Shown here one piece after another: positions 1 through 11,224 of a DNA stretch of 64,000 bases. Made by a program: the position numbers and the translations under genes. Numbering within the stretch: the first letter of the stretch is position 1; every line of letters starts with the position of its first letter. Source of the stretch: Eledone cirrhosa (lineage: Eukaryota); NCBI GenBank assembly GCA_964016885.1, contig OZ024764.1, positions 19,158,001 through 19,222,000 of the forward strand. The letters run 5' to 3'. Under the pieces are notes generated by a model. It was not told where the DNA came from and did not search any database. It saw nothing but the letters and a program-made list of their open reading frames with translations.

Positions 1-170
1 ACAAGGTCGACAATGTTTGGGGGGGAATAAGTTGATTAAATCAAACACAGTTACTGTGAGATCACTTCTTTGATAGTTTGTTTAAAAATAACTGATTCAC
101 AATTTACGTATGAAAAGTTGACAAAGATTTACAAGTGGTGTTATCAATAAATAGGGTCTTCAAAGTAGCA

Positions 171-528
171 GGAAACGACTAGATTTGTAGATAAAGAAGT
201 GGGAGACAGGATTATCAGAGTTTAGAAGAGCTACACACTTCTCCAGTTGGCTGGGAAATAATTATCTTTCCTTAATTTTATTTCTCGACCTCTTAGATGT
301 TTGCAATCGACTTTTCTTCCTGAAAACTGAAACCCTAACCCTAATACTGGGGAATAAAACGTCTATTGCAAGTATCGAAGGGGTCCAGAGAAAATATTGA
401 AAAGGGGTCTAGAAAAAAATCTAAGAAAAATAATTATTTCCCACCCAACGTGAGGTGTGAGTAGATCTGTGAAACTACATCTCTTCGTATACTTTCACCC
501 TGCTTTTTCTACAAATCTAGTTGTTTCC
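171..528. mobile_element. Foldback MITE-like non-autonomous DNA element (also 19479-19838, 38341-38698, 44733-45089, 53837-54193)
   Basis: Terminal inverted repeat ggaaacgactagatttgtaga / tctacaaatctagt(c/t)gtttcc. Inner inverted matches (gggaaataattat/ataattatttccc; ttgcaatcgacttt/aaacgtctattgcaa). Centre aaccctaaccctaa. No TSD visible. Confidence 0.75.
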
Positions 529-985
529 GTGAGGGTACCTGGTTATTTCAACACCTTAGCCTCACCTTACCGAGGTGTCAGGTGATACCCGTGAGGGTAC
601 CTGGTTATTTCAGATCCTTAGCCTCACCATACCGAGGTGTCAGGTGATACCAGTGAGAGTACCTGGTTATTTCAACACCTTAGTAATGCTGCCAGTGTGT
701 TGGCTTGCCTCAAAGTGTGTAGTTAACCCCTAAGGTGTGAGGTGTGGCCTATTATCACACTTGGTGGTCAATTGCCATCTCCCACTGTGTTTTGCTTTCC
801 TTTATCATTATTGTTCAATAAATTATATTATTACACACAGTTTAGACAATATATTTGTAATGTCTTTCTCAAGGAATTGCCAGCAATTTATAATGTTATT
901 TACACACTTATGTTATTTATGTATATATTTAAAACATATTTACAACGTTATTCTACTGTAAATTTATACAATTGTAATAAAATAT
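529..985 (+). mobile_element. 3' relic of a CRE-clade LINE with an internal 62-bp tandem repeat (present in all five units)
   Basis: Fuller paralog at ~19960-20055 translates REGTWLFQHLSLTITRCNAASVLACLK, matching the C-terminus LFQHLSLAITRGNTASVLACLK of the element at 20090-23900. AT-rich tail (tatatttaaaacatattt...ttattctactgtaaattta) also matches its 3' UTR. Unit gtgagggtacc recurs at 529 and 591. Confidence 0.8.
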
Positions 986-1215
986 ATTAATTATATCATC
1001 ACATAATATAAAAACGACCTTTAGAATATTTAAATATTTAGTTTTGTTAATTTATTTTTCAGCAACAACAAAAGTTTTCACTTTAATTAATTAGAGGTAG
1101 GTAAAATATAGATAATTACGATAACATTTTATATTTCCAGTAATGAAACAAACAAGAAAATATATATTTGTGATGTGAAAAGTGAGCTTAAATCTAGAAT
1201 ATTAATAGACATAAT

Positions 1216-1360
1216 ACTTACATTATAGTCTCAGGTGTTTAGTATTTACAGAAATGTTGTCTAAATGATATTGTAGGAAGACTAACACGTGGACAGGAAG
1301 TCGACAACTGCACCACTGCGCATGCTTCAATGTCAAAGGTCAAGTTTTTGTGTGACGTAA
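1216..1360 (-). promoter_or_regulatory. Putative ZNF promoter and non-coding exon 1, copy P1 (target gene lies left of the window)
   Basis: CACGTG 1286-1291, CAGGAAGT 1294-1301, TGCGCATGC 1317-1325, TGACGTAA 1353-1360; minus-strand donor GTAAGT at 1221-1216. Confidence 0.6.
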
Positions 1361-1770
1361 ATATTTTTACCGAATTAAATTATGTGAAGTTTGTAATAAA
1401 AACGTGGGTATGGTGTGGCGTGCGGTGGCCGGAAGCGGGGGATTGCCCGACCGGAAGGGTGCTTGGCCGGAAGGATGCTCGACCGGAAGGGCCAGCAGAT
1501 GGCGCTCTCTAGTGGTGACCAGCAACGGTGTAGACGCGAGTTTTGGCATCTCCCGGTGTTAAGGAGTTGGACGCACGTGGGAGAGGAAAGACCAGCAGTG
1601 GAATTTAGCGGCGCCTATGAAAAGCGGTGACATAGCTTTTTCTAACCACAAGCTATTTCGGCACTGGAAACTGAGATCTGATTGAAAAAAAATAAATAAA
1701 TAAAGCTACTGGAAAAACAGAGAGGAGTCTGTTGTTTTTTTTTATCACGTACCGCAAGACAAATTAGAAG

Positions 1771-2445
1771 ATGGCGTCAAGACTACGAACAAGCGAAGCT
1801 ATCAGGGCATTTACCGGGGTAGGTGTTGTCGCTTGGCTGCGAAAAGTCCGGCTGGTCGCAAGCTTGCAGAAGATAGAAGATGTGGCTGGCCTCATGGCAC
1901 TGTACCTCGAGGGGGACGCGTTGGTACTCTTCCTTGAGTTGGACGAACACAGCCAAAGAGATGCGCAAAAGATTGAGAGGCGCATGATGGAAGCGTTCGC
2001 AGAGGCACCGTTAGCCGCTTTCGCTAAGCTGGCAAGAATTAGATGGAACGGTGAACACGTTGATATTTTCGCAGCGGAAATACGGCGATTGGCCATGTTG
2101 GCTGGATATCAGGTGGAATGCGAATGCACAGTGCGGTTGGCGTTCATAAATGGATTTCCAGACGACATAGCGGTGAAACTGCAGCAAGTCCCGGGTTACA
2201 AAGAAATGGAAATGCATTCACTGGTGGAACAAGCCCGGATTATAGCAGAAGATGCCAAGAAGAGTGTTGCAGCGATAGCAACTACAGAGGCTCAAGACAG
2301 CTGGCAGCGAAATGGTGAAAGGGAGGCAACCGCGGCACGCGGTCGCCCACGAACGTTTAGAGGTCGCTGTTTTTGGTGCCAGGGACCGCACATGGCTAGA
2401 GACTGCAGAGAGTCAAGGCTGGAAATAATATGCTACCGGTATTAA
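1771..2445 (+). CDS. gag: Gypsy Gag (CCHC knuckle CFWCQGPHMARDC)
   Basis: 224-aa ORF just after the LTR, with a zinc knuckle. Confidence 0.85.
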   Translation: MASRLRTSEAIRAFTGVGVVAWLRKVRLVASLQKIEDVAGLMALYLEGDALVLFLELDEHSQRDAQKIERRMMEAFAEAPLAAFAKLARIRWNGEHVDIFAAEIRRLAMLAGYQVECECTVRLAFINGFPDDIAVKLQQVPGYKEMEMHSLVEQARIIAEDAKKSVAAIATTEAQDSWQRNGEREATAARGRPRTFRGRCFWCQGPHMARDCRESRLEIICYRY

Positions 2446-2517
2446 CTGCGACCAGGGAAACAATCCAAGGGGAACTACTGCGCCGGTAGTTTCCCCTTAC
2501 GAGTAGAGGCGCTGCCC

Positions 2518-5147
2518 GTGGTGGAAGTCTTCGTGAGGGGAAAGCCACAGCGAGCACTCGTGGACACGGGCTGTTTGACGACACTGATGGCGCAGGGGTG
2601 GAGAGGGAAGAGCAGTGTAAGGGCAGTCGACGGCAGGAAAATTGAATGCCGAGGTCACAGCGAGATGGAAATAGCGGTACGGGGAAGGAAAGTAAGGTGG
2701 ATGGGATTGGCGTGGTTATGGGCATGGACGCAATTGGCCGTCTAGGAGGCGTCACAGTGAACAACGTCGGTGTGTCGTTTGGCGCCGCTGCATCGGTATG
2801 CGCTGTGAGTGCGCGACAGGAGAACCAGAAGGCCCACGAGGAGAAATACCCCGCTTACACTGTGCAGGACAAAGACTTCAAGGCCGTGTACAATGGGTTG
2901 TTGAGTGGTACTGGAAGGGAGAACCACCAACACTGAAGACCAAAGTGGGCTGCTATCAACACACATTGAAAGGAAACTATTAGGAGCGAGTTCGAGCGAG
3001 AGGTAGAGAGATGGATTGAGGAGGGCATACTGCTTCCCTGGAAAGAGGAGGTGAAGTGCAGAGTATTGCCGTTAATGGCGGTGGCGCAACCCACGAAGAA
3101 CAAGGTGAGGCCGGTGCTGGACTTTCGGGAGCTGAACGAGCACCTGTCATGCCACACGGGTGGCGAGGTCACGGATGTCTGTGGGGAAACCCTGCGTGAG
3201 TGGAGACGCATGACAGGGGGTTCAGCAATCGTAGATCTAAAGTCGGCATACTTGTAATTGCATATAGATGAGAAGCTCTGGCAGTATCAGCTGGTCAGGT
3301 ATAAGGGCCGGACATATTGCCTGACCAAGCTCGGATTCGGGCTGAGCTCCGCACCGAAGATCATGGCGGCGGTCCTCAAGACCATTCTGGGAAAGGCCGA
3401 CAAGATGAAGTGGGCCACTAACTCCTATATTGACGACATCCTAGTGGACGAGTCTGTGGTGGCGGCGGCGGAGGTCACGAGCCATTTACAGGGGTATGGA
3501 CTGGCTGCGAAGCCGTCAGAAGCGTTGGAGGGAGGAGCCGCGCTGGGACTTAGGCTACGGCGAGACAGGACGGGCGTCTTGGTATTCCAGAGGGGAAATG
3601 AAGTTCCAGAACTGGGCACAAGTATGAGTAGGCGGGAGCTTTTCTCGGTGTGTGGAAAGTTGGTGGGTCACTACCCGATTGCTGGGTGGCTCCGGACGGC
3701 ATGCAGCTATGTCAAGAGACGAGCGGGAGGGGTGACTTGGAGTGACAGAGCGGGAGAGAGGACGGTGGCCATGATGCAGGAGATCGTGGGGAGGGTGAAG
3801 GCCGACGACCCAGTGCGGCGACGCTGGTATGTTCCCAAATCACAGAGCGGGACCGTATGGTGCGATGCCAGCAGCATAGCGCTGGGTGTCACGTTGGAGA
3901 TAGGAGGTGTTGAGGTCGAGAATGCATCAATGTGGCCGAACTGGACGCAGTGTTGAGAGGGGTGAACCTCGCCCTGAGGTGGGGACTGCGCACCATCGAG
4001 AAATGCACCGACTCGGCTACTGTACTCAGATGGGTGAGATCAGTGCTCACCAGTGAGAAGAGAGGCGCGGCGGAGATGCTGATAAAGCGCCGCCTGGGAA
4101 CTTTAGGAGAGCTGGCCACCGAGTTCGTTCTGAGGCTGAGCGTAGTTTTCGTGCCCTCAGAGAAAAATAGGGCGGACATCTTAACTAGGGTGAAGAAAGC
4201 CTGGATGGAAGCGCCGGAGGAGGTAGAAGATGAGATAGCTGCCGTGTGTCGGCTGACCGAGTCGGATCTGAAAGGGTTGCATGACATGCACCACATGGGA
4301 GTGAATAGGAGCCTGTTCCTAGCCAGGAGAATCGACTCGGACGTTAACAGACACAGTGTTCAAATGGTGGTTAGAGGCTGCGTCCGATGTCAGTCCATTG
4401 ATCCGCCCCGGGTGTACACGAAACAGGAAGCCTCCCAGTGGATCGCGACTGGAAACGATTGGCGGTGGATGTAACGCACTACCGACAGGGAATGTACCTC
4501 TCGATGGTCGACTGTGGACCAGGACGGAAGGCGATATGGAGGGAGATGAAGACTGGAACGGCCGAGGAAATCATGCGGACGTTGAGAGAGGTGTTCTTGG
4601 AGCGGGGCCCTGTGGACGAACTGCTGATGGACAACAGCGCAGCGTTCCGCTCGGAGGCGCTGAGGGAGATGCTCGATGGATGGAAGGTGGACCGTTTCTT
4701 CAGAGCAGCGCACAGGCCGAGCGAGAATGGAATTGTGGAGCGACACCACTGGACGATCAAGGCAATGGCGGAGCGGGGCCATATCTCACCAATGGAGGCA
4801 GTGTTCTGGTACAACATGTCCCCTCGGGTGGGACAGGTCGAGGAATCGGTGCCACACAGAGCAGTATTCAGATACGAGTGGTGGCACCCGTGCAGGTGGG
4901 CGAAGAAGTCTGGGTTAAGCCCCCAGATGCACGTTGCACATCTCAATGGGGAAGGGGAACGGTGACGGCCGTAAATTCCCAGAACAATGTGTCCGTGGAC
5001 GGAGTACCACGTCATGTCCTGGATGTCCGTAGAATCACTGTGTCAACGGACTCCGAGGTAGAGGAAACCCAAAGTGCTGCCCCAACACTGCGGATCTCGC
5101 AAAGAAGTCGTAAACCACCAACCTGGTCAGCAGACTTTCATATGTAG
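2518..5147 (+). pseudogene. pol: Gypsy pol (protease, RT, RNase H, integrase) with frameshifts and a stop
   Basis: LVDTG protease; VDLKSAY and YIDD in RT; CDAS and AELDA in RNase H; H-x2-HH...C-x2-C, AVDVT, LMDN and NGIVER in integrase. TAA at 3255-3257 where copy 2 has CAA. Confidence 0.9.
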
Positions 5148-5691
5148 AAGGACGAGGAGGAAATTGATCCTTGAGATCAGGGGGCGGGGTATGGTGTGGC
5201 GTGCGGTGGCCGGAAGCGGGTGAGAGCTCGACCGGGAGGGCCAGCAGATGGCCCTCTTAGTGGTGACCAGCAACGGTGTGGACGCGAGTTTTGGCAGTTC
5301 CCGGTGTTAAGGAGTTGGACGCACGTGGGAGAGGAGAGACCAGCAGTGGAATTTAGCGGCGCCTATGAAAAGCGGTGAGATAGCTTTCGTGAGTCTGTAG
5401 AATAACAGGGCAGTTGGAAAACAGAGGACAGCAGGGGAGGTCTTGACTTGAAAAGAGTAACACTTGATACCTCGATATAACCTGTTGGTAGATATAGTAG
5501 GGTGCTAGATCAATCGAGTACCCTGGCAGAGATCACCGGGTATCTCGGTAAGATTGGGTCATATGGAGGATAAATTGCCGGAACAACTAAGTACCCTGAC
5601 AAATGTGACAGTTAGTTTTCAAAATACATATACAAGATACAAGATAAATGACTAGACTGAAATATATTTGGTAGGGAATAAAGAGTAGAAT

Positions 5692-5850
5692 ATTCTAGTC
5701 TGTGGTGTTGGAGAAGTTTGGAGGAGATAGGTCCCTGACAACGAGGTTCTTGTTATCGTTGGCAGCTCTCCTTACCGAGGTGTCAGGTGATACATATGAG
5801 GGTGTTTGGTAGTTCCAACATCTTAGCCTTGCTATCACTCGAGGTAAGAC
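5692..5850 (+). mobile_element. Second CRE-clade LINE 3' ORF relic (also ~25830, ~47330, ~55745)
   Basis: Translates VVLEKFGGDRSLTTRFLLSLAALLTEVSGDTYEGVW*FQHLSLAITRG versus VAFETFGGVGPLTARFLSSLAARLIEVTG..FQHLSLAITRG in the 20-24 kb element. Confidence 0.75.
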
Positions 5851-6759
5851 TGTCTCAGAAAGTATTAGAGGGAGACTCCGGCACCCCATGTGATGTGAGA
5901 CTGATTGACAGAGTGTTGACTTAATATTTTCATTTGTTGTGATTCTATGTGAAATATATCTCTATGTAAGTAACTTGGTTACGTGAATCATTGTGAATCT
6001 CGTAAATACTTAAACAGAAATCTACTTAGGACACAAAATAAAGCAGATTCCATTGAACAAAGTATTTAAAGGACGTATATCAAAAAGAAGGGGGGAATGT
6101 AACGAGAGTTGTCTTCCCTTACATATGTTTTACAGTAGTAGAGGTATATATGTGTTTGTCTGTCTCTCTCTCGGTATAAACTACCATTTGCACTGCCTCT
6201 GTTTTTTGTTCCTGTCTAATATTTAACTATATATATATATCCATCCCTCCAAAAATGATCAATTTAATTCTCTTTAACTCACTACATTCCACGACATGAA
6301 GTCTGCTATCAAAACTGACCAAAGAATCCTTCCACCTCTACCCCTCCCTCCATCTCAGTTTGTCACTCTACTTCCTACCTCTTCCCCCTTCCTCTCTCTC
6401 TATACTATTCCGTCTGTCCCCTCACCTTCTGATTCCCCTCTCTCTATACTAGTAAATACAATTCCAAATAAATGTTTTTCTCTATATATTAAGAATTATT
6501 TCAAGAGTAACTTACTATTTTGAAAATTTGGACTGTGAACAACAATTATAATTGAGTGGCTGCTATTTGCAGGATAGAAATATAAGGTTGCACTTACCAA
6601 TGAAACGGTCGTAAATACCTGGATAAAATCCTTCTCTTAATGCTTACCTGTGTTTTCTCTTTTATACTATATATATATATATACATATATATATAATGGA
6701 ATACTGTTGGCTTTTTGCTACAATAATTTCTATATTCTTCATTTATATATATATATATC

Positions 6760-6927
6760 TTGAGGTTGTGAGTTCGATTCCTGGACGAGGCGATGCGTTA
6801 TGACCTTGAGCAAGACACTTTATTTCACGTTGTTCCTTCTACCTGGAGTTGCGACCGATAGTACTAGCAATTGGAAAGACCAATGGAAACATTGCTTCCT
6901 CGGTCCGATTTGACGAAAGTCGATCGT
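6760..6927 (+). mobile_element. 5'-truncated tRNA-derived SINE (also 26380-26548 +; 3' part at 56250-56340 -)
   Basis: B box GTTCGATTCC; near-identical to the full-length copy at 39107-39334. Confidence 0.8.
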
Positions 6928-6950
6928 TCCTTCATATATATATACACACA

Positions 6951-8808
6951 CTGTGGTACCTTGACTTAAGAATATAATTTGTTCCGTGGAGGACCTCGTA
7001 ACTTAAATTACTCGTATGTCAAATCAATTTTCCCCACTGAAATAAATTAAAATGCCATTAATCCGTTCCAGACCCCCCAAAACCACAGTTTCTTTTGTTA
7101 CGTGTTTTTAAATAAGAAAAATGTACTTATAAATAACAAATATTGTATATAAAAAACAATACAATAGAATGTACTACAATAAACTGGTTTTATTAAGTAT
7201 AATGTACAGCATCTATCTTGGAGATCAGACGACTTGAGGATGTTGACGGAGGAGAAAGGATGAACTGAATAACTGAATCTTATTCGCTGATTTTTGCCAC
7301 GCGTTCCTCACTTTTATCTGCAGGTATTTTCAATAAAAACCTGTCTAATGAGGTTTGTTTCATCTCACCTATTTCCTGCAAAAACTCTGTGTGTTGCTGT
7401 GTCTGTAGCTCCTTTAATTCCTTCGTTGTCATTTCCTCGGAGTGCTCCTCGATGAGCTCGTTGATGTCACCTTCATCCATGTCCAGGCCCATGGACTTAC
7501 CGAGGGGTACAATCTCCTCCACCACTGCCGCTTCGGGTTCGAGTCTTTCAAAGTCTGTTTTAGACACAACCTCAGGCCACAGCTTCTTCCATGTAGAGGT
7601 CAAGGTCCTCTTTGTAAGACCCTGCCAGGTCATATCGATAATTCTGAGGCATATCACGATGTTATAATGGTCCTTCCAGACCTCTCAAGGGTGAAGTTTG
7701 TGCTCTCCGTCACTTCAAAGCAGCGACTGAACAGGTGCTTGGTGAAGAGCTTCTTGAAATTAGAAAGTACCTGCTGGTCCTTGGGCTGTAGGATAGGGGT
7801 GGTGTTTGGTGGAAGGTAGAGGACCTTTATAAACTTGAACTCTTCGAGGTTAGGTGGGTGAGCAGGTGTATTGTCCAGAACAAGAAGGGTTTACAGGGGT
7901 AGGTTATTTTCATGGGGATATTTTTTAATGTCAGGACCAAATTCACCCAATCCACAACGAACTGCCTGGTGACCCATGCCCTCGGGTTGGCCCTCTACAT
8001 AGCCTGCAGTTTTTCTTTCAGAATCTTATGTGACTTAAAGTTTTCCGAATGATAAACGAGCGGCAACTTAATCTTACAGTCAACGTTCACAGTGGCACAG
8101 TGCGAGGGTTAGCCTATCCTTCATGGGTTTGTGGCCAGGCATCCTCTTCTCCTCTGCCGTTATATAAGTCCTCCTTGGCATCTTCTTCCAAAAAAGTCCT
8201 GTTTCACCACAGTTAAAGACTTGCTGAGGGATGTATCCTTTGGCTGCTATAATTCCGGCAAAGGTTTTGAGGTAATCCTCAGCTGCCTTCATATCCGCGC
8301 TCGCTGCCTCACCATGCCTGACAACTGAGTGAATCCCGGTCCTCTTTTTAAAATTCTCAAACCAACCCTGACTGGCATTAAAGGGCTTGCCGATGGCTCG
8401 TCCGTAGAAGTACCTGGGGTCTGCTGCAGCAAATCAGCGTAAATAGTTCGTGCCTTCTCACATATAATCTTCATCACGGTATCTCTTGCGAGCTGCTTCT
8501 CTGTCAACCACACCATCAGCAGCTTTTCCATATTTTCATGGATAGAGGTCCGCTGTTTAGAAATTATTTTACCACCCTTAGCTGGGGTTATAGCCTTTAT
8601 CAAGTCCACTACACACACACCTTGGACATGTTTTTCTATAATTTCTTTCTTTAATTCAATACACATCATCTGCTTCTTCTTCTCAGCACTGTCCTTCGCC
8701 CTCACTTTCTTCGAACCCATGGGATGCTGGACGAGTGTTATGGTATTCCCTGTGGCGGTCGCTATGCCAACTAGAACTGGAACTCAACGGACGTATCTCG
8801 AAAAACTC
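6951..8808 (-). mobile_element. Tigger/pogo DNA transposon, decayed transposase, one end lost
   Basis: TIGD1-like fragments (KKEIIEKH, MEKLLMVW, QQVFNC.ETGLFWKKMPRRTY, KDRLTL). TIR ctgtggtaccttgacttaag at 6951. Confidence 0.9.
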
Positions 8809-8910
8809 TTTGTGTGTGTTTGTATGTGTGTTTATATGTATATTATAAAATTATAATATAGAAAACAGCGATCTTCTGATTACTGAAGCTGGTGCATTAG
8901 ATATTTCACT

Positions 8911-9846
8911 GCCAACACTGTAAAGAGGTTGTGTAGGTGTCATGACAAAAAGTACCCAGTCCACACTGTAAAGTGGTCATCTAGATGTCACAACAAAAAG
9001 TACCCAGTCCACACTGTAAAGTGGTCATATAGGTGTCACAACAAAAATTACCCAGTCCACCCTGTAAAGTGGTCATGTATGTGTCACAACAAAAAGTACC
9101 CAGTCCACACTGTAAAGTGGTCATGTATGTGTCACAACAAAAAGTACCCAGTACACACTGTATAGTGGTCATGTAGGTGTCACAACAAAAAGTACTAAAT
9201 CCACACTGTAAAGTGGTGATGTAGGTGTCACAACAAAAAGTACCCAGTCCACACTGTAAAGTGCTCATGTAGGTGTCACAACAAAAAGCACCCAGACCAC
9301 ACTGTAAAGTGGTCATGTATGGTTATATTATAAATGTATGTATATGTGTGTGTATGTATGTACGTGTCACGACAAAAAGTACCCAGTCCACACGGTAAAG
9401 TGGTCATGTAGGTGTCACGACAAAAAGTACCCAGTCCACACGGTAAAGTGGTCATGTAGGTGTCACAACAAAAAGTACCCAGTCCACACGGTAAAGTGGT
9501 CATGTAGGTGTCACAACAAAAAGTACCCAGTCCACACGGTAAAGTGGTCATGTAGGTGTCACAACAAAAAGTACCCAGTCCACACTGTAAAGTGGTCATG
9601 CAGGTGTTACGAAAAAAAGTGCCCAGTCCACCCTGTAAAGTGGTCATGTAGGTGTCACGACAAAAAGCACCCAGTACTCAATGTAAATAAGGTTGGTGCT
9701 AGGAAGGGCATCCAGCTGTAGAAACCAAACCAAAATTGGTTCTGTAGGAGCAACACGTGGTCACCTGACCTGGCATTGCTTACAACAGGATAACTCGTCT
9801 AACCCATGCCAGGGTGGAAAAACTGATGTTAAACAGTGATGATGAT
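8911..9846 (+). repeat. 48-bp minisatellite followed by an RTE-type 3' tail (also 28725-29330, 60850-61390)
   Basis: Unit gtcacaacaaaaagtacccagtccacactgtaaagtggtcatgtaggt. Ends in ggttggtgctaggaagggcatccagctgtagaaa...gttaaacagtgatgatgat, as in the RTE 3' UTR. Confidence 0.9.
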
Positions 9847-10253
9847 ATAACATTTGTTTAATGATGAATTCCAATCTCCTTGTTAACAGCTATAGATGTC
9901 AGGATGTGAACCTTTTTACTGAAATATCTTCTCCATGTTAGTGGTTGAAGAAGATTTAGAAAACTTTCACACAATAACTGTATTCCCTAACTTCTCCCCT
10001 AAAAAATACAAGACGAGCAGGGCCAGACTTTTACCTACTGAAGCCCTAAGTTATATGAAGTTAGAGGTTATTTTCTAAAAATATATAATTATCTTTTATA
10101 TTAATGTTAATGATAAAGAATAAATAATATAATAAATATACCACCATAGGTGCTGAGGTGGCTAGCTGCTGGTGTGAACCTCACGAGATGGAATGGCTCT
10201 TCCAGCACATCTAGAACAGCATGACCCTCTAATATCTAGTATTTAGTAACAAA

Positions 10254-10620
10254 CTAGACCACCCGGGACCTGTTGGGTCACGTTCCCTTAAAACTATTTT
10301 TTAAAAGTCATTTTAAAATAGTTTTTAAATAGTTAAAATATACACATACATATATATATCTATACACATACGTTTATATATATATATATACACACACATA
10401 TTTTATTAAACACCACCACCAGCTCCCTCTCTCTCACAACCACTATCTCTTTCTCTCCCTATATTTATCAAGGTACCCAGAAAACCCCGTATCTTGGGAA
10501 CCTGTGCTCCAATTTATACAAAACTTGTTTTATTCCTTTCAAAGTATTTCCCCATTATGCACCGTTTTAGCTGTATTAAATTAGACAAGACACAATCACA
10601 GAGTTTTAGTAGTATATAGA
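10254..10620 (-). mobile_element. Non-autonomous Helitron (also 29736-30062, 61579-61978)
   Basis: Minus strand reads A|TCTATATACT...gtgacccaacaggtcccgggtggtCTAG|T: TC start, subterminal hairpin, CTAG end, A/T insertion site, no TSD. Confidence 0.8.
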
Positions 10621-10674
10621 TAATATAGCTTCAAATTAAAGTTAGTAAATGACAGTTTGGAGAAATCTGTAACA

Positions 10675-11118
10675 TTTATTAAACATTCTTCAAGTTTGTC
10701 AATTCTATAGCACAATAGTTTGTTAGTTAAAGTGTTTAGTTAGATGTTCTACATATAAAGAAGAGAGAATACTTTACCACAAATATTACAGTGGTATAAT
10801 GATTTTCCCATCTCTTCTGGAAAATATTCCTATGTTGATGTAAATATTTCTATTGTTCATAATTTTATCAAATGTGATCTTTGTCAATATCCAAATATTT
10901 CGAAAACTCCTTTGTAAATATCCAAAGTTCAATCAGAATGTAAAATCATCTTGTAAATATTCCAGACAGTGAAAAAGGAAAATGTTGTTATTTATCTCAA
11001 TTCAGAAGAAATATTTCACCATAATTCACCACAGACTAAACAAGTTTATATCACTTGAATGTAACATCTTTCTGTTGTCTTTAAAAGACTCTTTTCTGTC
11101 AAGGTCATGTGATATTCT
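10675..11118 (-). other. Putative non-coding terminal exon homologous to the ZNF 5' UTR (also ~30116-30558, ~62033-62470)
   Basis: Acceptor tttctctactatttcAG at 11118-11117 resembles the ZNF acceptor. aaaatcatcttgtaaatattccagacag is shared with 15731-15758. AATAAA on the minus strand at 10680-10675. Confidence 0.45.
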
Positions 11119-11224
11119 GAAATAGTAGAGAAACATTATTAAGATATTTAGAAAGTAGAGATACAACAGTGAAAACTTTACTACATCTCTATATTAATAG
11201 ATATAAAACTTACATGGTGACACA

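Larger units (their letters stand above)
1403..5387 (+). mobile_element. Ty3/Gypsy LTR retrotransposon, decayed (copy 1)
   Basis: 5' LTR 1403-1650 ending ccaca. Order gag-PR-RT-RNaseH-INT. Purine tract gagatcaggggggcg. 3' LTR ~5186-5387, truncated. Empty sites at ~24988, ~46410, ~54976. Confidence 0.95.

Noticed and set aside
331-345. Interstitial telomere
   Set aside because: Only about two TAACCC units, inside a MITE.
737-990. Short hydrophobic ORFs repeated in each unit
   Set aside because: AT-rich LINE 3' UTR relic; reading frames are not preserved between copies.
6590-6650. Two minus-strand donor-like motifs (GTAAGT, GTAAGC)
   Set aside because: No supporting acceptor or ORF, and the segment is missing from the other units.
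8929-9721. Cys/His-rich repeat ORFs (CHNKKYPVHTVKWS)n
   Set aside because: Translations of the 48-bp minisatellite, open on both strands.
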